DNA from: Bacteroidota bacterium
GTDB taxonomy: Bacteria > Bacteroidota > Bacteroidia > Bacteroidales > FEN-979
Length of the DNA stretch: 59,907 nt
Direction of reading: 5' to 3'
Assembly (NCBI GenBank): GCA_026391845.1
Contig: JAPLDG010000338.1
Location: 1-59,907 of the forward strand
The stretch's first letter is position 1; every line of letters starts with the position of its first letter. The notes beneath the pieces were generated by a model, which searched no databases, had not been told where the DNA came from, and was given only the letters and a program-made list of their open reading frames with translations. Made by a program: the position numbers and the translations under genes. This document shows, piece after piece, positions 1-7,857 of the stretch.

Positions 1-77
1 AGGCAAACCGATTTATTGAATGGTTTACATACAGTGATGAAAGCATAGACGGGAAAAGCAAAACAAAAGCGTATGCA

Positions 78-575
78 ATGTTTGAAAGTACTTTTATCAA
101 CAGCATAAAAGTTGGTACCACAAATGGTTTGCAACAAATACACGCATATTTGTTTGGCGGATTGTATGATTTTGCGGGACAAATCAGACAAAAAAATATT
201 TCAAAAGGGGGTTTTCAATTTGCCGTATCACGCTTTTTAGGCGACACATTAAAGCAAATAGAAGTAATGCCCGAAACTACATTTGACGAAATCCTAAACA
301 AATATGTAGAAATGAACATTGCACACCCTTTTATGGAAGGTAATGGCAGAAGCGCTAGAATATGGTTGGATTTGATACTAAAAAGACGTCTCAAAAAATG
401 CGTCGATTGGAGTAAAATAAGCAAGCGAGATTACATGAACGCAATGATGGTAAGTCCAACCAAAAGTAGTGTTCTAAAAACACTTTTGGGAAAAGCGCTC
501 ACCCCAAAAATAAACGACCGCGAAATGTTTATGAAACGGATTGACTATTCATATTACTACGAAGAAAATGAGTAA
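78..575 (+). CDS. fic: Fic-family AMP-transferase, class III (single Fic domain with C-terminal inhibitory helix)
   Basis: [14 protein letters not shown] matches the Fic core motif HxFx(D/E)GNGRxxR. The protein is small and single-domain and ends ...[11 protein letters not shown], the class III inhibitory-helix position. The reading frame stays open back to nt 3, and the true start is probably the ATG at 37 (see finding). Confidence 0.85.
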   Translation: MFESTFINSIKVGTTNGLQQIHAYLFGGLYDFAGQIRQKNISKGGFQFAVSRFLGDTLKQIEVMPETTFDEILNKYVEMNIAHPFMEGNGRSARIWLDLILKRRLKKCVDWSKISKRDYMNAMMVSPTKSSVLKTLLGKALTPKINDREMFMKRIDYSYYYEENE

Positions 576-662
576 TGGAGAAAGTCAAAAAAAGGGGGCA
601 GAGCTCAAAGGAAAAATGAAAAGCTAAACGGCAAAATCGAAAACAACGAACCGCCAACACGC

Positions 663-1478
663 TTATGGCAGCTTGATAATCTCCACACGCCTGTTCTTTG
701 CTTTTCCCTGCTCATTGCGGTTATCGGCAACCGGCTTTTCCTGTCCCCAGCCAACATATGCCAGCCTTGATTTATCAACCCCCTTGGCAATCAGTGCGTC
801 AACAACTGATTTAGCTCTGTCATTGGAAAGTTTTTTATTGCTTTCTGCATTACCAACGTTGTCAGTATGACCTTCGATGCTGATTTTTAAAGTTTTATCA
901 AGATCCATTAACTGATAAACCTGATCAATGATTGGCAGCGATTCCGGCTGAATGATCGATTTTCCTGTTTCAAACAGAATATTGAGGGTAATGAATCCAT
1001 CCTTGTTTAGTGCGTCAAGCATTTCATTTACAGCAATATCTTGTTTCATAGCCTCCAACTCAAGCACATTCAGCAAAATATCACTGTTATTGGTACAAGC
1101 AACTTTTATCCGGTACTCTTTACCGTTTTTTTTCAGTTCATAGCAACCCAACCCATCCTCTTCATAAATTTTAACGCCCCCGATTTTAGTGATGGCATTG
1201 GCATAATTTTTTATGATCTGAAAACGGCTTGGTTCTGTTTTTCCTGATTCCAGATAAAACACATACCAAGCGTAGGTAAGAGTTCCTTCCAGTTTTACAT
1301 CCTGACCACCTTTGTCATAAAAATCGAGCTGGTTATAGTTCTGGGTACATTCTAAAATATAGTATCCAGGCATGCGCGTAAACAGCGGATGGTCTTTGCA
1401 TCCTTCTAGGTCTTCCTGGGCAAAACCACCTTGCATGAAGGTCAAAACGAGTACAATGGAAAAAATCAGTTTTTTCAT
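663..1478 (-). CDS. OmpA-family outer-membrane/peptidoglycan-associated protein
   Basis: Signal peptide MKKLIFSIVLVLTFMQGGFAQ. The C-terminal OmpA-like domain carries GHTDNVGNAESNKKLSNDRAKSVVDALI...KAKNRRVEI. Confidence 0.85.
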   Translation of the reverse strand: MKKLIFSIVLVLTFMQGGFAQEDLEGCKDHPLFTRMPGYYILECTQNYNQLDFYDKGGQDVKLEGTLTYAWYVFYLESGKTEPSRFQIIKNYANAITKIGGVKIYEEDGLGCYELKKNGKEYRIKVACTNNSDILLNVLELEAMKQDIAVNEMLDALNKDGFITLNILFETGKSIIQPESLPIIDQVYQLMDLDKTLKISIEGHTDNVGNAESNKKLSNDRAKSVVDALIAKGVDKSRLAYVGWGQEKPVADNRNEQGKAKNRRVEIIKLP

Positions 1479-1512
1479 CTTTTTTAAATTAGGAATGTCT
1501 GTTAATATTGTT

Positions 1513-2380
1513 TCATTTAATAAAAGTTCCGGTCCTGAACTCCCTGAAAGCGATGTCCAGCTCCTCTTGGGAGTTCATGACAATCGGCCCCCTCCAGGCG
1601 ATGGGTTCCCGGATGGGTTTACCGGAGATCAGGATGAAACGGGCACCCAGACTTCCTGCCTTCGATTTGATCTGCTGGCCTTTGCTGAACAAGGCACCTT
1701 CCCCGTTTTGCAATGGACTTGTGCGTTTTTCATCCATCATAGCTTCGCCTTCATATACATATGCAAATACCGTATGATCCTGATTGACTGTAAGGATGAA
1801 TTCAGTATTTCCGGGCATATCCACATCCAGGTATTCCGGGTCGGCAATGATATCCTGTGCGGGGCCCTGCACACCCCTAAAAATCCCGGCAATGACCTTC
1901 ACCCTGATGTTATTTTCAAGAACTACCTCAGGAACATTTTTCGGGAATATCCTGGTATCGCGGGGCGATCATTTTTTGGGACGCCGGAAGGTTGACCCAA
2001 AGCTGAAAACCAAACATCCGGCCGCCATCCGATTTTGGCATCTCCTGGTGAATAATTCCGCTGCCCGCGGTCATCCATTGAATATCGCCTTTGCCGATAA
2101 CACCGCTATTGCCCATGCTGTCGCCATGTTCCACGCGTCCGTCGAGCATATAGGTAACCGTTTCCATCCCCCGGTGGGGATGCCATGGAAACCCGGCCAT
2201 AAAATCGGCAGGATTATCGGATCCAAAGAAGTCGAGCAATAAAAAAGGATCGAGCAAACCCTCTTCATAAAACCCGAAAATCCTTGTCAACCGAACCCCG
2301 GCGCCATCATGGGTAGGTTTTCCACGTATTATTTTCTCAATTCTTCTGTATTCAGGCATGGTGTTTTCTATACTGGTCAT
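1513..2380 (-). pseudogene. Pirin-family protein split into two ORFs (1928..2380 N-terminal half, 1513..1902 C-terminal half) by a 1-nt frameshift
   Basis: The N-terminal ORF has the pirin cupin motif FPWHPHRGMETVTYMLDGRVEHGDSMGN. The second ORF continues a pirin C-terminal cupin. Removing one A from the A5 run (plus-strand T5 at 1937-1941) joins them as ...PRYQDIPENVPEVVLENNIRVKVIAGIF..., about 288 aa. Confidence 0.8.
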
Positions 2381-2391
2381 GATGATTATTC

Positions 2392-5040
2392 TTATTTTTT
2401 CATCGGCAATCGTTTCCTCCGGATGCCATCGAATTGAAATAACGCGTTGGCCACTGCTGCTGCAGTAGGTACCAATCCGATTTCGCCGATACCTTTGGCG
2501 CCATAGGGGCCGACCGGATCAGCCTCTTCGATGCCGATCACAATGATTTCAGGGGTTTGTAAGGCATTCAGCACACCACAGTCAGACAACTTCAAACTCT
2601 CCAGCCTGCCCTCCTTCATTGGCAGGTCTTCAGAAAGGGCATAGCCCAGTCCCATGTGCACGGCTCCCTGGATCTGACCTTCAAAGAGCATGGGATTCAT
2701 GATCTTTCCGGCATCGTGGGCCGCATAAACCTTGTCAACCTCCCCTGTTTCATTCAGCACAACAAGTTGGGCGGCATACCCGTAGGAATAATGTGTGATG
2801 ATCTTGTCAACATCGGCGCCAGGTTTGGTAGTCCAGTCGCAATAGTACTTGCCGGGATAGGTATTGCCTGCAAGATTGAGAAGTGCATGTTGCATCGCAT
2901 TACCAGCGATATCAAGGCATCCCGGAGTGAACTGGTCAAGGTCCTGGCGGAGGGCTGCTGAGGCATCGATGATGGCATTTCCCAAAAGGGCAGTTGCCCG
3001 CGAAGAGGTTGTCATCCCGGTAGGCAGGCAGGCTGATGTATCAACAACAACATCGATCATGGAGGCATTGATTCCTGTCTCCTGGTGAAGGGTCTGGATC
3101 GCGATATTCTGAACCCCCTGCCCCATCTCCGTCCAGCCGTGCTCGATGGATATCCGACCGGAAGCCAGCACGTTGATCCTGACGTCGCAAAAATCAGTCA
3201 TTCCGTTTCCTACACCCGAGTTTTTTATTCCGCAGGCGAGTCCGGCATATTTTGCTGCATAGAATTGATCTTTCAATGCGAGCAGACAGGCTTTGATTCC
3301 GACACCTTCGCCCAGAATCTGCCCGGTAGCGGTCATTTTCCCCTTTTCCAGGGCATTATCGTACCGGAACTTCCATCGGTCGAAACCACCTTTTGCACAT
3401 AGATCATCGATGCAGCTCTCCAGGGCAAAAGCCGCCTGATTTGCGCCAAATCCACGCATGGCGCCCGAAGGGATGTTATTGGTGTAAACCGTCAGAGATT
3501 CAATATCCACCGAAGGAAAGTGGTATCCTCCGCCTGCATGGCCTGCCACGCGTTCCATCACTTTCGCTCCAACCGAAGCATAGGCGCCGGTGTCGCCAAT
3601 TGCCTTCAGACGCAATGCGGTGAGTTTGCCAGCTTTGTCACAACCCAAGGCAATATCCATCCATACCGGATGCCGCTTGGGATGCATGATGATGGATTCC
3701 TCTCTGGACAGGTGCAATTTAACCGGTTGTTGCAGCAAAAAAGCAAACAGCGCAGCATGTCCCTGAACGGTCATATCCTCGCGCCCGCCAAAACCTCCGC
3801 CACAGGGGACAAGCGTTACATGAACCTGATCTTCGCCCAGTCCAAGCAGCGAAGCCACTTGCCGCTGATCCACGTAGATGCCCTGTCCCTGGCTGAAAAG
3901 ATGAATTCCATCTCCTTCGGGGAGCGCTACCGCCGCTTCTGTTTCCAGAAAGGCATGCTCGATGCGCTGGGTTTCGTAGATTCCGGATGATTGAAATGCA
4001 GATTTTAACAACAGTGGATCAACCGGATCACCTCTTCGGACGAGGCATTTTTCAAGGAGGTTGGGCTTTTCAGGATGCACCCGCGGGGAGTCCGGCTCAA
4101 GGGCCTTTTGTGGATCGGCTACCGGCTCAAGCACCTCATATTCAACCTGAATCAGCTGCGCAGCCCGACGGGCGGTAATTTCATCAACGGCGACGACTCC
4201 CGCAATCACATCGCCGATATATCTTGTTATTTCACCAGGCGCGATCATCAGAGGCCAATCGCTGACGATCAATCCGGTAAAACGCTCACCGGGAATATCT
4301 GATGCAGTGAATACCCTGATCACACCCTCGGTTTGTCTGGCTTCTGTCGTATCTATCGCTATCACACGGGCCCTGGGATGGTCACTGAGCCGAAGGGCGC
4401 TGTGGAGCAGACCTTTAACCCGCATATCATCGACGAACAACCGTTTGCCAATAGCCGTTGCGTACGCCTCGTATTTGGGAAGGGATTCACCGATACCGGC
4501 TGACAATCCTGACAAAATGGTATCCTCGTTATAAAATCTCTTTTCCTGGCCGGATGGGGCATCAAAGCCCGGTGATGGAGATTCGCGGAGATTTTTCAAT
4601 GCCGCTTCAATGGCATCAATAATCTTCACATATCCTGTGCACCTGCACAAATTCAGGTTGATGGCTTTTTTGATCTGGTCCCGGTCGGGAGTTGGATTTT
4701 CAGCGAAAAGGACTTTGGTTCGCATGATCAGGCCCGGAGTGCAAAATCCGCATTGAACCGCACCCTTCTCCACATAAGCCCTGGCAATTACATCCCGAAC
4801 GACTTCCGGAATACCCTCCATGGTAAATACCTGCGAACCTTCCAGGAACTTCATCTTCCGGGTGCAGGATAATCTTGCCTTGCCATCAATCTCCACCATG
4901 CAGGCGCCACATGCGGCCTGGCCTGAACAGCCGTCTTTTACCGAGGTAATTCCTGCGATTTCCCTCAGATAATGCAACAGGGAGCGATTTTCGTCTCCGA
5001 TGTACTCTGTTTTCAGGTGGTTCAGATAAAATGTGATCAT
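2392..5040 (-). CDS. Molybdopterin-dependent hydroxylase with fused N-terminal [2Fe-2S] domains and no FAD domain (XdhD/YgfN- or Mop-like aldehyde/purine oxidoreductase)
   Basis: The N-terminus has plant-type and second [2Fe-2S] motifs (CSGQAACGACMV...C; QCGFCTPG...CRCTGY). It runs directly into xanthine-dehydrogenase-family a/b-hammerhead and MoCo-binding domains. At 882 aa it matches the fused architecture. Confidence 0.8.
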   Translation of the reverse strand: MITFYLNHLKTEYIGDENRSLLHYLREIAGITSVKDGCSGQAACGACMVEIDGKARLSCTRKMKFLEGSQVFTMEGIPEVVRDVIARAYVEKGAVQCGFCTPGLIMRTKVLFAENPTPDRDQIKKAINLNLCRCTGYVKIIDAIEAALKNLRESPSPGFDAPSGQEKRFYNEDTILSGLSAGIGESLPKYEAYATAIGKRLFVDDMRVKGLLHSALRLSDHPRARVIAIDTTEARQTEGVIRVFTASDIPGERFTGLIVSDWPLMIAPGEITRYIGDVIAGVVAVDEITARRAAQLIQVEYEVLEPVADPQKALEPDSPRVHPEKPNLLEKCLVRRGDPVDPLLLKSAFQSSGIYETQRIEHAFLETEAAVALPEGDGIHLFSQGQGIYVDQRQVASLLGLGEDQVHVTLVPCGGGFGGREDMTVQGHAALFAFLLQQPVKLHLSREESIIMHPKRHPVWMDIALGCDKAGKLTALRLKAIGDTGAYASVGAKVMERVAGHAGGGYHFPSVDIESLTVYTNNIPSGAMRGFGANQAAFALESCIDDLCAKGGFDRWKFRYDNALEKGKMTATGQILGEGVGIKACLLALKDQFYAAKYAGLACGIKNSGVGNGMTDFCDVRINVLASGRISIEHGWTEMGQGVQNIAIQTLHQETGINASMIDVVVDTSACLPTGMTTSSRATALLGNAIIDASAALRQDLDQFTPGCLDIAGNAMQHALLNLAGNTYPGKYYCDWTTKPGADVDKIITHYSYGYAAQLVVLNETGEVDKVYAAHDAGKIMNPMLFEGQIQGAVHMGLGYALSEDLPMKEGRLESLKLSDCGVLNALQTPEIIVIGIEEADPVGPYGAKGIGEIGLVPTAAAVANALFQFDGIRRKRLPMKK

Positions 5041-5088
5041 TTCACAACAAGTTTGATTTTTGAGGATGTATAACGCTATGGGTGAACA

Positions 5089-6351
5089 TCATACCATCAT
5101 ACGTTCGAAGGATACCAAATCAGGTTCAACGGGTGCGGGCATGTGAATGGACGATTGAACCGCAGATAAATCCTTCAACCCGCTGCCAGTGAGTAAAACT
5201 ACATTTTTTGATCGGGCAGGGATCAACCCTTGTTCCCGGTACTTCAGCATGCCGGCGTAGGCAGCAACTGCGGCAGGTTCGGAGAATATTCCTGTTGAGT
5301 GCGAAAGTTGGAGTGCAGCCTCCAGAATTTCCTGATCCGAGACCATTACCGATTCGCCCTGGTATTTTTCCATATATGCGGCCGTCATGTGAAAGCACCG
5401 TGGTACATCTACCGAAATAGAATCGGCAATGGTTTTTGAAGGTTTGGCTTCAAATACAGTCCTTTTCAGATTATTGATAAGGTTGCTGCTACCGTTCGCC
5501 TGAACCGCAACCAGGACCGGCATCCGGTCAATCAGCCCAAGGTTCAGAAGGTCTTCGAATCCTTTGCACACACCCGAATAGATGACCCCATCGCCCACAG
5601 GGATAAAAATCCTGTCGGGTATCTGCTGATGCAGCTGCCGGTAAATTTCAAAGGAAACGCTCTTTTTCCCTTCGATGGTTAAGGGGTTATAGGCTGTATT
5701 CCGGTTATAATAACCATGTTTTCCTGAAATCTGTACGCTGAGATCAAAGGCATCATCATAGGTGCCCTTAACCGGAACCAGGACTGCGCCGTACATGAGG
5801 ATCTGGGTGAGTTTAGCCAGGGGTGCTGCTGCCGGCACAATAATGATCGCCCGCTGCCCCTGTGATGCGCAAATTCCGGCAAGAGATGATCCCGCATTGC
5901 CCGTGGAAGCCGCAATCAGGGTAAGGATACCATTTTCCCGAGCCCATGCGGAAACCAGGGCTGAGGCCCGATCCTTGAAGGAAAATGTAGGGTTTTGAGA
6001 ATCATCTTTCAGATATAGCTCAAAATCATCGCTTCCAGGCTTTTCAGATTGTTCCCGGGCCACATTCTCAACTTTGTATAAAGGTGTATCCCCTACGCGC
6101 AATATTGGCCAGGAATCTATCCCCTTCAATGGCAGCAACGGAAGAAAATGATGCTGTTCCAACTGTTCAAAAAGTTTATCGGGAGGAGATAAACCGCGAA
6201 TTCGTTCGTACTGATAAACTGTTTTCAGCACCCCCCTCGGAGGCAGTCCAGCACTGTTCAATGCTTCGCATGCCGGGCAAAGATAGATGATTGCATCCCC
6301 CGGATAGGCTGCGTTGCAATCGATGCATTCAAAGTGAAACTTTTCAGGCAT
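5089..6351 (-). CDS. Threonine-synthase-family PLP enzyme with N-terminal zinc ribbon
   Basis: CIDC...CPAC zinc ribbon, PLP-lysine motif NPTFSFKDRAS, and STGNAG. These are typical of short-form threonine synthase-like proteins. The physiological reaction is not inferable here. Confidence 0.7.
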   Translation of the reverse strand: MPEKFHFECIDCNAAYPGDAIIYLCPACEALNSAGLPPRGVLKTVYQYERIRGLSPPDKLFEQLEQHHFLPLLPLKGIDSWPILRVGDTPLYKVENVAREQSEKPGSDDFELYLKDDSQNPTFSFKDRASALVSAWARENGILTLIAASTGNAGSSLAGICASQGQRAIIIVPAAAPLAKLTQILMYGAVLVPVKGTYDDAFDLSVQISGKHGYYNRNTAYNPLTIEGKKSVSFEIYRQLHQQIPDRIFIPVGDGVIYSGVCKGFEDLLNLGLIDRMPVLVAVQANGSSNLINNLKRTVFEAKPSKTIADSISVDVPRCFHMTAAYMEKYQGESVMVSDQEILEAALQLSHSTGIFSEPAAVAAYAGMLKYREQGLIPARSKNVVLLTGSGLKDLSAVQSSIHMPAPVEPDLVSFERMMV

Positions 6352-6358
6352 ATTTTTT

Positions 6359-7825
6359 CTATAGCCCTGTTTGTTCGTTGAATTCGTTGATCAGTTCATC
6401 CCAGCGGGCAGGCTGGTTGAAAATCTGTCGCCAGATCTGACGATCTTCCCATAACTGTCGGAGATCCTCCACCTCTTTGCCCTGTTGTTCGATCCAGGTG
6501 AAATACTTCAGGTTGTGGATGGCTTTCCGGTCGTTGTAACCGAGTTCCTTCATGGTCGAGGGAGCCGTTCCCAGCATGCATTTTTCGTGGTCGCGGGCAG
6601 CCTGTAAAAATGAATATGAACCTCGCTCAGCGGTAAGTTCCACCAACCGTGAACCATACATTTCGGCAGAGTCGGTGGCAATGGTCATCATGACATCTTC
6701 ACCGGTAAATTCAAAGTGCTTTGCGGTCTTGATGGCAGAAAGAATATTTCCGATTCCGGAGATGCCAATCGTGTCAAGCATGGCGATCAGACTCTTGTCA
6801 ACTCCGTTGGCCGCCAGATATTCGTGGCCCTCTTTTTCGTTAAACAGTCGCAGCAGCCTCATGCAATCCTCATCATCAATGGCGGTCACCACATCTGTAT
6901 TGAGTACATTGTGAATCCACGGGACATGTTTGTCGCCGATTCCCTCAATCCGATGGCCGCCAAAACCATTCTGCAGCAGTGTAGGGCATTGTAACGCCTC
7001 TGAAGCCACAACCTTCAGATGCGGGAATTTAGTGCGCAGGTAATCGCCGGCAGCGATCGTTCCGGCCGACCCGGTGGCAGAAATATAGGCTGCAAACTGC
7101 GTATCAGGTCCGGCAACCATCCGGAAAGTCTCCTCGAGTGCATTGCCTGTGACTTCATAGTGCCAGCAGGAATTTCCAAACTCCTCAAACTGATTGAAGA
7201 TCATGCAATCCTTCCTTGTGCGTTTGATTTCCCAGCATTTGTCGTAAATTTCCTTTACGTTCGACTCGCATCCGGGAGTTGCGATCACTTCGGCGCCGAT
7301 CTCTTCAAGCCAGGCGAATCGCTCGCGGCTCATCTCCTCAGGGAGAATGGCTACAGCCGTGACATCCATGAGGTAAGAGTCAAACGCGCCCCCTCGGCAA
7401 TAATTCCCGGTTGACGGCCAAACGGCTTTATGATAGGTGGGATCAAACCCTCCGGTAATGATCCGCGGCGCCAGGCATCCATAGGCTGCGCCCACCTTGT
7501 GTGCCCCGGTCGGGAACCATTTGCCAAGCATGACAACGATTCGGGCATCAATACCGGTTAGCGCTTTGGGCAGTTCAATGAAGTTGGGCGCTCCGAACAA
7601 GCCGCCGGATATCTTTGGTTCATTTTTCCAGGTAATCCGGAATAAATTCAGCGGATGAAGATCCCACAACCCTATGTTTTTCAATTTGTCTTTGATGCTG
7701 CCAGGTATCAGTTCCGGGTTTTGCATCTGTGCGAAAGTGGGAAGGATGATCCCCTTTTCACGGTAATGCCTGATGGCTTTTTGCAATACTGTTTGATCAA
7801 CAACACTGGTTGTAATTGGTATCAT
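6359..7825 (-). CDS. Fold-type-II PLP-dependent enzyme (CysK/CBS/TrpB superfamily) with long N- and C-terminal extensions
   Basis: Candidate PLP-lysine context FPTGAHKVGAAYG, and glycine loop ISATGSAGTIAAG. At 488 aa it is about 150 aa longer than a cysteine synthase. No specific subfamily recognised. Confidence 0.55.
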   Translation of the reverse strand: MIPITTSVVDQTVLQKAIRHYREKGIILPTFAQMQNPELIPGSIKDKLKNIGLWDLHPLNLFRITWKNEPKISGGLFGAPNFIELPKALTGIDARIVVMLGKWFPTGAHKVGAAYGCLAPRIITGGFDPTYHKAVWPSTGNYCRGGAFDSYLMDVTAVAILPEEMSRERFAWLEEIGAEVIATPGCESNVKEIYDKCWEIKRTRKDCMIFNQFEEFGNSCWHYEVTGNALEETFRMVAGPDTQFAAYISATGSAGTIAAGDYLRTKFPHLKVVASEALQCPTLLQNGFGGHRIEGIGDKHVPWIHNVLNTDVVTAIDDEDCMRLLRLFNEKEGHEYLAANGVDKSLIAMLDTIGISGIGNILSAIKTAKHFEFTGEDVMMTIATDSAEMYGSRLVELTAERGSYSFLQAARDHEKCMLGTAPSTMKELGYNDRKAIHNLKYFTWIEQQGKEVEDLRQLWEDRQIWRQIFNQPARWDELINEFNEQTGL

Positions 7826-7857
7826 AATTATTCACTTTTAATATTAATTGTTCGTTC

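Noticed and set aside
1372-1995. Long antisense ORFs opposite well-supported genes. Examples: 1372..1995, 3520..3990, 17643..18221, 33240..33752, 34600..35094, 38354..38980 and 41897..42292.
   Set aside because: Each lies entirely within a CDS on the other strand that has clear family motifs. Their translations are low-complexity with no motifs. They are shadow ORFs.
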